DNA of 30,768 bases from a virus. Its lineage: Duplodnaviria > Caudoviricetes. Both the position numbers and the translations under genes were made by a program. Under the pieces are notes generated by a model. The model made no database searches, was not told the origin of the DNA, and was given only the letters and a program-made list of their open reading frames with translations. Shown here piece by piece: positions 6,452-14,619 of the stretch (within the stretch, counting starts at the first letter, position 1; each line of letters begins with the position of its first letter). The stretch lies in IMG/VR virus record IMGVR_UViG_3300020363_000013, positions 1-30,768 of that record; one strand, given 5' to 3'.

Positions 6452-7223
6452 AGAATCATTAGTACAACCAACAGAGATTACAGAAGAAACACAGGAGTCT
6501 GGTGATCTCCCTCCCACCCAATCTGCACCCCTCGAAAGCCAGACTCCATCAAGACCTGACCATGTACCAGAAAAATTTTGGAAAGACGGAAAGTTAGATG
6601 ATGTATCATTGTCTAAGTCTTATACTGAATTAGAAAGTATGATTGGTAAAAAGAAAGATGACTTTAAAGAAGAGCTTATTGGTGAATTAAAAGCTGAACA
6701 AATGAAAGATAGACCAGCTGATGAGAATAGTTACACACTTCCTGAAGTAGAAGGTTTTACTGAAGAAGAGATACTAAACAATCCTATGTTAGATTGGTGG
6801 AAGAAAACTGCATTTGAGTCAGGGTTTAGTGATGAGCAATTTCACGAAGGCATTAAACAGTTTGCACAATCAAACGAAGTAGAAATAGATTTAGAAGCAG
6901 AAAAATCTAAACTAGGTGAAAATGCAAATGCTAGAATAGATGGTGTAAGTCAATGGGCTAGTAAAAACTTTCAAGATGAAGAGCTTGATTTAATTGTAGA
7001 CTTAGGTGCTACAGCAACAGGCATAAGGTTTTTAGAAAAAATTATGGGCATGGGTGTAAACTCTGTTAATAATGCAGATGCAGTAGCAAAAGGTACAGGA
7101 CAACTAACACTTGCAGACCTTAGAGCTAAAATGCAAGACCCTCGATACTGGGATCAAAACCGTAGAGATGATGCTTATATTGCAGAAATAGAAGAAGGTT
7201 TTCAGAAGTTAAGTGGTAATTAG
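6444..7223 (+). CDS. Capsid scaffolding/assembly protein
   Basis: Acidic; RPDHVPEKFW...KSYTELE N-terminal motif and MQDPRYW C-terminus; GGAG RBS at 6430-6433 supports ATG 6444. Confidence 0.85.
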   Translation: MNEESLVQPTEITEETQESGDLPPTQSAPLESQTPSRPDHVPEKFWKDGKLDDVSLSKSYTELESMIGKKKDDFKEELIGELKAEQMKDRPADENSYTLPEVEGFTEEEILNNPMLDWWKKTAFESGFSDEQFHEGIKQFAQSNEVEIDLEAEKSKLGENANARIDGVSQWASKNFQDEELDLIVDLGATATGIRFLEKIMGMGVNSVNNADAVAKGTGQLTLADLRAKMQDPRYWDQNRRDDAYIAEIEEGFQKLSGN

Positions 7224-7701
7224 TATACAGCAACCAACTATTGAATTAGTCACACTGCTGTCTGAAAACTTAACTACGGAAGATTTAAACGAATGTGAGT
7301 TACTTGGATGCACACCGTTAGAAGCGTGTGTGCAACCACTTATACAACAAGGCGAAGATGTATCTTGGTTAGCTTGTAATGAAAATGGTCCAATGGCTAT
7401 GTGGGGTGTAGTAGAAGATAGACCACCATTAAACAATAAACTATATAAAAAAGCTGGTAGAGTTTGGTTACTTATGACTAACAACATAAGTAAAAAAGAA
7501 AAGTTTATATTTATTAGAGAGTCAAAAGCATGGGTAAATGTATTTAATACACACTTTGATTTACTATTTAATATTGCAGACTCCAGAAGAAAAGGTCTTA
7601 AAAAGTTTTTGTTGTATCATAAGTTTGATGTACTTGACTTAGAAGATGACAACAGAATGTATTTTGTGCGTTGCGTCAATGATAGGGAAATAATTAATTA
7701 A
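7213..7701 (+). CDS. Putative GNAT-fold acetyltransferase (T7 gp13 / DUF2833-like)
   Basis: NLTTEDLNEC..LG.TP, AMWGV, GRVWLL, LLFNIAD..KFL..HKF pattern. Confidence 0.7.
   Translation: MVISIQQPTIELVTLLSENLTTEDLNECELLGCTPLEACVQPLIQQGEDVSWLACNENGPMAMWGVVEDRPPLNNKLYKKAGRVWLLMTNNISKKEKFIFIRESKAWVNVFNTHFDLLFNIADSRRKGLKKFLLYHKFDVLDLEDDNRMYFVRCVNDREIIN
7665..7674 (+). promoter_or_regulatory. Recurrent motif TGTGCGTTGC upstream of the capsid leader
   Basis: Identical 10-mer to 4411-4420; about 30 nt before the structured capsid leader. Confidence 0.6.
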
Positions 7702-7702
7702 G

Positions 7703-7783
7703 GTTAACTGCCCAAAGGTAAATGACCAACCCTATTCGGATAATTGGTATCAGACTCTAGGATAACAGGAGGTTTTTATTAAC
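7703..7783 (+). ncRNA. Putative cis-regulatory structured leader of the major capsid gene
   Basis: Two nested CCC...GG-ATAA modules closed by CTG/CAG (7708-7710/7766-7768) and ACCAA/TTGGT (7725-7729/7744-7748). Confidence 0.55.
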
Positions 7784-7805
7784 TCTAACTTAAAGGAGAG
7801 TATTT

Positions 7806-8627
7806 ATGGCACTATCCATAGATCAAGCGTTTATAACGCAGTTCGAGAGTGAAGTCCACCTTGCTTATCAAAGAGCTGGTGCTAAGCTCAAAAACACAAC
7901 TCGCCAAGTCAATAATGTAACTGGTAACACTGCACGATTCCAAAAAATCGGTAAAGGTGAAGCCGTTACTAAATCAAGACACGCTGAAGTTACTAGCATG
8001 GACCTTACTCACACTAATGTCGATGTGACTTTAAATGACTTTTATGCTGCTGATTACATTGACACACTAGACCTACTCAAGACAAATATTGATGAAAGAC
8101 AAGTAGTTGCTACTAATGCTGCAAATGCACTAGGTAGAAAAACTGATGACCTTATCATATCTGCTCTTGACGCTGGTAATGGCACAACAATCGCAGCAGC
8201 TTCATCTGGTCTTACAAAAGCTAAAGTATTAGAAGCATTTGTAAACATGAATGAAAACGACATCCCTGATGACGGACAAAGATACTTTGTCGTATCACCA
8301 GAAGGATGGGCTGACTTGTTAGCTATCGATGAATTTGTTAACACAGATTACATCGCACCTGGCGATCAACCTTTCACTAGCGGTATGACTGCAAAAAGAT
8401 GGTTAGGCTTTAACTTTATGATTCATTCAGCATTACCTATTTCTGGTAATGATAGAAAAGTTTTTGCTTACCACAAATCTGCAATCGGTACTGCTACAGG
8501 ATCGGATGTGAGAACTGAAGTTAATTACATTCCAGAAAAAGTTAGTAACCTTGTAACATCATATATGTCTATGGGATCAATCGCTGTTGATTCAACAGGC
8601 ATTATTGAAGTCACGATAGTAGAATAG
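7806..8627 (+). CDS. Major capsid protein
   Basis: 273 aa; AFITQFESEVHLAYQ start, ALGRKTDD, IPDDGQRYFVVSP and WLGFNF motifs; strong AAGGAG RBS; follows scaffold. Confidence 0.92.
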   Translation: MALSIDQAFITQFESEVHLAYQRAGAKLKNTTRQVNNVTGNTARFQKIGKGEAVTKSRHAEVTSMDLTHTNVDVTLNDFYAADYIDTLDLLKTNIDERQVVATNAANALGRKTDDLIISALDAGNGTTIAAASSGLTKAKVLEAFVNMNENDIPDDGQRYFVVSPEGWADLLAIDEFVNTDYIAPGDQPFTSGMTAKRWLGFNFMIHSALPISGNDRKVFAYHKSAIGTATGSDVRTEVNYIPEKVSNLVTSYMSMGSIAVDSTGIIEVTIVE

Positions 8628-8636
8628 GAGTAGAAC

Positions 8637-8882
8637 ATGGCTTTAACATCAAGTGAATTGAAAAAAGTCGGTGGTGCTTCACCAGCTATTTGGTATTACA
8701 AATCAGCTGATGCCGTAGGCACTATATCTGGCTCTGGTTACTTCAACTCAGTTACTAACAATTTGAAACAATTTGATATTATTCTTGTTGTTTCTGCTAC
8801 TGGAGGTACTGCTGCTGTTGATGTCTTAACTGTATCATCAACAACTGGCAATGCAACTGTAACAACAACTGCGTTAGCATAA
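8637..8882 (+). CDS. Small virion protein, possible capsid decoration (81 aa)
   Basis: Directly after capsid with AGGAG RBS; Ser/Thr/Gly/Ala-rich; WYYKSAD...SGYFN motif. Confidence 0.7.
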   Translation: MALTSSELKKVGGASPAIWYYKSADAVGTISGSGYFNSVTNNLKQFDIILVVSATGGTAAVDVLTVSSTTGNATVTTTALA

Positions 8883-8892
8883 CCATAAAGGA

Positions 8893-8921
8893 TAGGGGAG
8901 TTAGCGATTGCGACTCCCCTA
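8893..8921 (+). terminator. Stem-loop after capsid genes (terminator or stabilising hairpin)
   Basis: taggggagt (8893-8901) / actccccta (8913-8921); no clear U-tract. Confidence 0.5.
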
Positions 8922-8930
8922 GAATTATAA

Positions 8931-9557
8931 ATGACAACAACAACATCGACTGCATCAGGCAGTGACATAGACATAGCTTCAAGAGGATTAGTGTTGATCG
9001 GTGCTACGCCGATTTCTTCTTTTTCTGGAACAACAACTGAATCCCAAGTAGCACAAAATCTGTACGAAGATATAGTTAGATCAGCTTTGACACAGACACG
9101 CTGGAGATTTGCCAGTAACATAAAACAATTATCAAGATTAACAGACGCACCTTTAGACGAAAATAGATATGATGCTGCTTACCAAATACCTATTGAATCT
9201 ATTATGATTCATGGTGTTACTGTAGGTGGTAACCCAATACAATATGAAATATTTACAGACAAATTATTTTGCAATGCTGGTGTAAGTGATAAAGTAATAG
9301 CTGAATACACATACAGACCAGATACTACTACATTCCCACCATACTTTATTACAGCTTTACAGTTTCATTTAGCATCTGTATTTGCTGGTGCTATTGCAGA
9401 AGATGCAGATAAGTCTGCATTGTTTGAGCAAAAAGCACAAAGACAATATTTGTTAGCAAGAAATGTAGATGCACAACAAACATCAACAGAAAGATTAAAT
9501 ATGGGTAGGTATGCTAACTTTAGAGGTAACACACGGACACTTGCTAGGAGATTCTAA
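8931..9557 (+). CDS. Tail tubular protein A / adaptor (T7 gp11-like)
   Basis: IASRGLVLIGA.PI, WRFA and FPPYFITAL..LA motifs; size and synteny. Confidence 0.85.
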   Translation: MTTTTSTASGSDIDIASRGLVLIGATPISSFSGTTTESQVAQNLYEDIVRSALTQTRWRFASNIKQLSRLTDAPLDENRYDAAYQIPIESIMIHGVTVGGNPIQYEIFTDKLFCNAGVSDKVIAEYTYRPDTTTFPPYFITALQFHLASVFAGAIAEDADKSALFEQKAQRQYLLARNVDAQQTSTERLNMGRYANFRGNTRTLARRF

Positions 9558-12043
9558 TGGCTAGAAAGATAAAATTTGTTCAGACAGATTTTACTGTAGG
9601 TGAATTAGACCCTCGTATGAAAGCTAGAACAGACATACCAGCATATTCTGGTGGATGTCAAAAGCTAAGAAACGCTATAATTACATCACAAGGATCAGTA
9701 TTTAGAAGGCCCGGTACTTTACATTGGGATGAGTTAACTGGTACTACAACACACGCTAGACTAGAACCTTTTGTGTTTAATGAAACACAAGAGTATTTGT
9801 TTTTATTTCAAATAGGAAAGATTGTTGTATATGATGTAACTAATCAAACTCCTGTAAGTACCATATCAACATATACAAGTGGTAGTACTACACCAGCTAT
9901 ACCTATTAATGCAAATAACATTAAAGAGTTTACCTATGCACAGCAAGGCGATACTTTTATAATAGCACATGAAACATTTACACCTATTATTATTGAAAGA
10001 GTAAGTGCATCATCGTTTACTGCAAAAGAATTAGAATTTAAAAAATCATCTAATGTAACTGAGTACACTGATTCTGGTACTACAAGAGTGTTACATGAAA
10101 TATACCAACCATACACAAAGCTGGCACCAAGTGATGTGACCATTCAACCTAGCTCCAATAGTGGTCAGATTAACTTGGTGTCCAGTGTTAATACATTTAG
10201 CAGTGATTGGGTCGGAGAGTCAATACTGTGGCATGGTAAGGAAATTGAAATTATTACATACACAAACCCAACAACTGTTGTTGGACAAGTAAAAGATGTA
10301 CTTGAAATAAAACTAGGTTTAAATCCATTTAGGTCTACATCTGGACAAAACTCTGTAGAAATTACATTAGTCAATCATGGCTTTAAAGCTGGTGATAATA
10401 TAACTCTTAGTGGTTTTGCTGGAGAGCCTGGGCTTATACAAAGAGCTGGATTAAATGGTACATTCCAAATAAGAAGAGTAGTAGATGATGACCATTTTGA
10501 AATAGGCACAGATAGTACAACAAACGCTACGCAAATACTTGCTGGTAGTGGTATTGGATTTTTCTTACCAGCTGGTGTGTCATGGAATCCTACTGGTGGA
10601 TATAGTGTAGGTAACAGTCCTACAACAAACTGGGCAGTATACAACTCATCACATGAAGTTACTGGATATACTGGTAATGTAGCTAACACTGATCCTAATG
10701 GTAATGGGTCCAGAGATTTTGGTGGTGCTGGTATTAAAATTACTGGTGCTAGTATGCCACCATCAAGAGAATGGAAAGAACAATCTTTTGGTAGAAATGG
10801 ATTTCCAAGAGCTGTTACATTCCATCAAAATAGATTATGGTTTGGTGGTACAGTAAGCCAACCTGATGCCTTATTTGCGTCACAATCTGGTGACTATTTT
10901 AACTTTGATGTAGGTGATGCAAGTGATAATGACAGTATACAAACTATTGTAGCATCTAACCAGTTAAACGAAATATACCATATTGTTTCTAACAAAGGGC
11001 TAGAAGTATTAACTAGCGGTGGTGAGTTTCTTGTGATACAAGATACAGGACAACCATTAACACCTACAAATATTTTAATAGAAAGGATGACTGGTTATGG
11101 ATCAACTAGAGCTACTCCTCATATTTGTAATGGTAATACTTTTTATATACAAAGGAACGGCAGAACTGTTCGTGACCTTGAAAGAGTATCTGCTAATTCT
11201 TTTGCACCAAGAGATGTTTCAATACGTAGTAGTCATCTTATTGTTAACCCTAATGATATATGCAGCTTTGGTGGTTCAGACACAAGACCAGAAGAGTACA
11301 TATTTTTTGTAAACAATGATGGCACAGTAGGTGTATTACATTCTGTAATATCAGAGTCTATACTTGGATGGACTTTATGGGATAGTACTGGTCAAACAGA
11401 CAATGCTCATGGCTATTTAGATAGTGTAATGACTATGACTTCTGTTAATGAAAATTTATTCTGGGTTACAAATAGAAACAATGTAGTCTCATTAGAAAAG
11501 TTTACTAACTTTGACGAGTTAAATATTACAGATGAATGTTACTTAGATGACGCATTTAAGGTTACTGTAGCTAATAATACAATCACTGGTATACCAGCAC
11601 ACTTTTACAATAAAACTGTTCATGTAATCAAAGATGACGGCTCTCACAGAGGTACACAAACTGTATCTGGAACAGGAACATTAGATTCAAGTTTGCTGAA
11701 CTTATCAAACGGTGATAAAGCATATATAGGATATTCATATTTTATGAAGCTAGAAACTATGCCAGTAGATTTTCAATACCCTGGCAGTGAACTAACTGGT
11801 AATAGAAGAAGAATAACAAGAGTAAAAGTAGAAACAGAAGGAGCATTGTCAATGTCAGTAAATGGCAAAACATTATTTAACAGAACAACTGCATCTGGCC
11901 TTATACAACAAGATCAGGCAAGAGTAGATGGTAAACAAGACTTTAGATTGTTAGGTTACTCAGAGGACCCAACAATAGAAATAACACAAACATTACCAGC
12001 GTCATGTGGTGTAATGCAATTAGTAAGTGAGGTAACAATATAA
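9557..12043 (+). CDS. Tail tubular protein B / nozzle (T7 gp12-like)
   Basis: QTDFTVGELDP, RRPGT, FPRAVTFHQNRLWFGG, TSGGEF and IGYSY motifs; 828 aa. Confidence 0.9.
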   Translation: MARKIKFVQTDFTVGELDPRMKARTDIPAYSGGCQKLRNAIITSQGSVFRRPGTLHWDELTGTTTHARLEPFVFNETQEYLFLFQIGKIVVYDVTNQTPVSTISTYTSGSTTPAIPINANNIKEFTYAQQGDTFIIAHETFTPIIIERVSASSFTAKELEFKKSSNVTEYTDSGTTRVLHEIYQPYTKLAPSDVTIQPSSNSGQINLVSSVNTFSSDWVGESILWHGKEIEIITYTNPTTVVGQVKDVLEIKLGLNPFRSTSGQNSVEITLVNHGFKAGDNITLSGFAGEPGLIQRAGLNGTFQIRRVVDDDHFEIGTDSTTNATQILAGSGIGFFLPAGVSWNPTGGYSVGNSPTTNWAVYNSSHEVTGYTGNVANTDPNGNGSRDFGGAGIKITGASMPPSREWKEQSFGRNGFPRAVTFHQNRLWFGGTVSQPDALFASQSGDYFNFDVGDASDNDSIQTIVASNQLNEIYHIVSNKGLEVLTSGGEFLVIQDTGQPLTPTNILIERMTGYGSTRATPHICNGNTFYIQRNGRTVRDLERVSANSFAPRDVSIRSSHLIVNPNDICSFGGSDTRPEEYIFFVNNDGTVGVLHSVISESILGWTLWDSTGQTDNAHGYLDSVMTMTSVNENLFWVTNRNNVVSLEKFTNFDELNITDECYLDDAFKVTVANNTITGIPAHFYNKTVHVIKDDGSHRGTQTVSGTGTLDSSLLNLSNGDKAYIGYSYFMKLETMPVDFQYPGSELTGNRRRITRVKVETEGALSMSVNGKTLFNRTTASGLIQQDQARVDGKQDFRLLGYSEDPTIEITQTLPASCGVMQLVSEVTI

Positions 12044-12462
12044 TGTTAGAGTCTATTTTATTAGGTGGTTCTGCTGCATTACAAGGTTTAGGTATTATAT
12101 TTGGTGGCAGAGCAGCAAGAGCTGAACAGCTTGCAAAAGCAAGAGAAATGAAAATACAGCAAAAATTAAACGAAATTAATGCTATATCAAATGAAAATGC
12201 TTTAGCAAGAAACTACGAAGAATTAACTGAAAGTATAATAACAACATCTGCTGGTGGAGAATCAACACAAGCACTGTTAAATGCTAATAAAAATAATTAT
12301 GCTATGGACCAATCAACCATAGCAAGAAAAAGTTTACTAGAAAGAGAACAATTAAAAAGAAGTCAAACTGGATTTAGACAAGCAGCTGGAATTGCAACTA
12401 CAAGATCATTAATAAAATTAGGGCAAGTAGCTACTGATACTGCTTATAAAATGAGTACATAA
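12043..12462 (+). CDS. Internal virion (ejection) protein, gp14-like
   Basis: Hydrophobic Gly/Ala N-terminus followed by a helical Ala/Gln-rich body; synteny. Confidence 0.7.
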   Translation: MLESILLGGSAALQGLGIIFGGRAARAEQLAKAREMKIQQKLNEINAISNENALARNYEELTESIITTSAGGESTQALLNANKNNYAMDQSTIARKSLLEREQLKRSQTGFRQAAGIATTRSLIKLGQVATDTAYKMST

Positions 12463-14619
12463 ATGGTTAGATATAAAAGACAAGTAACATCAATAGGTAA
12501 CATAGGAGTAGCACAAGGTGTAACTGCTGGAACTACAGAAGCACAAGGTTTAGGTCAAGACTTATTAAATCTTGGAAAAAATGTTTCAGATATAGCTTTT
12601 AAAGAAAAACAAAAAAACCAAATACAAGAAGATAAAAATAATGTCTTTAATTTTTATAGAGATATTGAGCCAACTGTAAATGATTTAATTTTTGAAGCAC
12701 AGCAAAACATAAGTGAAGATGAAGAATCATATCAAGAAAGAATAAAAACTATTGAAAGTGTTTATGGTAAATCTATTGATGAAAAAGTTAATAGTTTAAA
12801 TATTAATGACAGAAGAAAAGATGCAATAAGTTTAGCATTAAAAGATTCTTTTAGTAAAAAGTTTACATCATTAAACACATCAAGAAAAACAATACTAAAA
12901 AACATAAATATAAACAATGTTCAAGAATTAGCTTTAAACAGTCTTGGGCAAAATTTAACTACACTTCCAACAGATGGTTCTTATGCAAGTATAGTATCTG
13001 GTTATAATAATGAAATAGATTTATACAAAAACAAAATAACATCAAGTGCCTCAGGTGCTATACCAGAAAACAATGTAAATTTGTTTCAAAAATTTGGTAA
13101 AGAATATTTTGGTAAGTATATTAAAAATTTATCTATTTCAGAACAACAAGAATATCTGAGATTAATAAAAGGTGCAAAGCAAATAGTAATAAAAGGAGAA
13201 ACTATTACACAAGAAAGTTTATCTAATTTTACTGGTGCTAATCCAGCATCTCTTCAAGATTTAGAAAATCAAATTAAAACTAGCATTAATGATGCTACTA
13301 ACAATAATTCTTCATTGGATTCACTTATAAATTTATATACAGGAACAGAATCACCAGATGATTATAGGACTGGTAAAGTAGAGGAAGCCCTTGAACAAAT
13401 AATAACAGCACACTATGAAAGCGATGAAGAAGCTATAGAAGGAATTAATAGTTCAGTAGATTTAATAAGACGAATAGGAATGGTAGATGAAAATACTGTT
13501 AGTTCTATGATAGATTTAGGTAAAAAAAATCCAGTCTTATTAAATGCTTTAGTTAATTCTATACCTAGTTTACTTATATCTGGAAGAGTAGCAAATACTG
13601 TTCCTTTTGCTCCTAATGATGAATACCCAGAAGGTGGCGAAACTACATATACAGGATTAGCTGGTAAACCTATTAAGTTTTTAGGTAATGGTAGACAAAT
13701 GTTAGAAGAGTTAATGAATGAACACAAAGCATTTGCAGATGTAGAAGATTCAAATCAAAAATCTTTTTATTCACATTACACTAATTTAGATAATAACAGA
13801 TTTTTAAATGTCGAAGCTAGAGGTATTAGTACATTTGATTCTGATAGTAATACTGACTTAGGTATGACAATAGGAGATCATATAAACAAAAACCCAATTA
13901 CTTTTTTTCAAAAGATAAGAGGTGTTAGTATGTCTCGTAACATGATAGATAATTTAAATAACTCTATTGTAGGATCAACATCTGCTAACTCATGGATAAG
14001 TTTAAGATTTACACACGAATTAAGTTTACAAAGTAGAAATGATGGAAGCATAGATGGTACATCAGTTAGAAAAGCTGCAAGAAATACAATCAAAGCATTT
14101 AAAAATGAATGGAAATTAAATCCAGATAATCATCTTGGTTGGGTACATGAAGATGATTTAATAAAAAACAAAGATAACTTTTTAGATATGGCAAAAACTT
14201 TTTTTGAAAGTAATGATGTTATTAAAAATAGTTACTTAGATCAAACAATAAAAGATAAAGTTGCAGAAGATGGTTTAGATATAGATAATATAGTTTTTAT
14301 TCCAGTAGCTACTTACGATAATATTATAGAGTTTCCTGACGATAAAAAATATATACATGAAAAATCAGGAGAAACTATAGAAGGAACACCAATACAAGAA
14401 ACATGGTATTATGTTGGATATAAAGATGATAACAATCCATTTACTACTTATTTAAGTAGCAATGGTATTGGCAATTTAAACTCTGGCAATAATTACATTT
14501 TTAAATATGCACCTCCTAAAGATATAGAAAGACATAATAGTTATGTAAACTTTAAAGAAACAAAACTAACAAACTGGAAAAGCACAGTTATGTTTCCATA
14601 TCAAAGATATATTCCATGA
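12463..14619 (+). CDS. Internal virion (ejection) protein, gp15-like position (718 aa)
   Basis: Synteny and helical N-terminus; no catalytic motif recognised. Confidence 0.6.
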   Translation: MVRYKRQVTSIGNIGVAQGVTAGTTEAQGLGQDLLNLGKNVSDIAFKEKQKNQIQEDKNNVFNFYRDIEPTVNDLIFEAQQNISEDEESYQERIKTIESVYGKSIDEKVNSLNINDRRKDAISLALKDSFSKKFTSLNTSRKTILKNININNVQELALNSLGQNLTTLPTDGSYASIVSGYNNEIDLYKNKITSSASGAIPENNVNLFQKFGKEYFGKYIKNLSISEQQEYLRLIKGAKQIVIKGETITQESLSNFTGANPASLQDLENQIKTSINDATNNNSSLDSLINLYTGTESPDDYRTGKVEEALEQIITAHYESDEEAIEGINSSVDLIRRIGMVDENTVSSMIDLGKKNPVLLNALVNSIPSLLISGRVANTVPFAPNDEYPEGGETTYTGLAGKPIKFLGNGRQMLEELMNEHKAFADVEDSNQKSFYSHYTNLDNNRFLNVEARGISTFDSDSNTDLGMTIGDHINKNPITFFQKIRGVSMSRNMIDNLNNSIVGSTSANSWISLRFTHELSLQSRNDGSIDGTSVRKAARNTIKAFKNEWKLNPDNHLGWVHEDDLIKNKDNFLDMAKTFFESNDVIKNSYLDQTIKDKVAEDGLDIDNIVFIPVATYDNIIEFPDDKKYIHEKSGETIEGTPIQETWYYVGYKDDNNPFTTYLSSNGIGNLNSGNNYIFKYAPPKDIERHNSYVNFKETKLTNWKSTVMFPYQRYIP

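Noticed and set aside
8625-8639. Capsid and the next ORF are in the same frame (TAG GAG TAG AAC ATG), suggesting read-through fusion or amber recoding
   Set aside because: Two ambers would have to be read through, the downstream gene has its own AGGAG RBS, and TAG acts as a normal stop elsewhere (terL, ORF 4465..4668).
6352-8876. Partial motif matches TGCGTT(G/A) at about 6352 and 8870 (also about 4767 and 30014)
   Set aside because: They lack the leading G(T)G part and are short enough to occur by chance in coding sequence.
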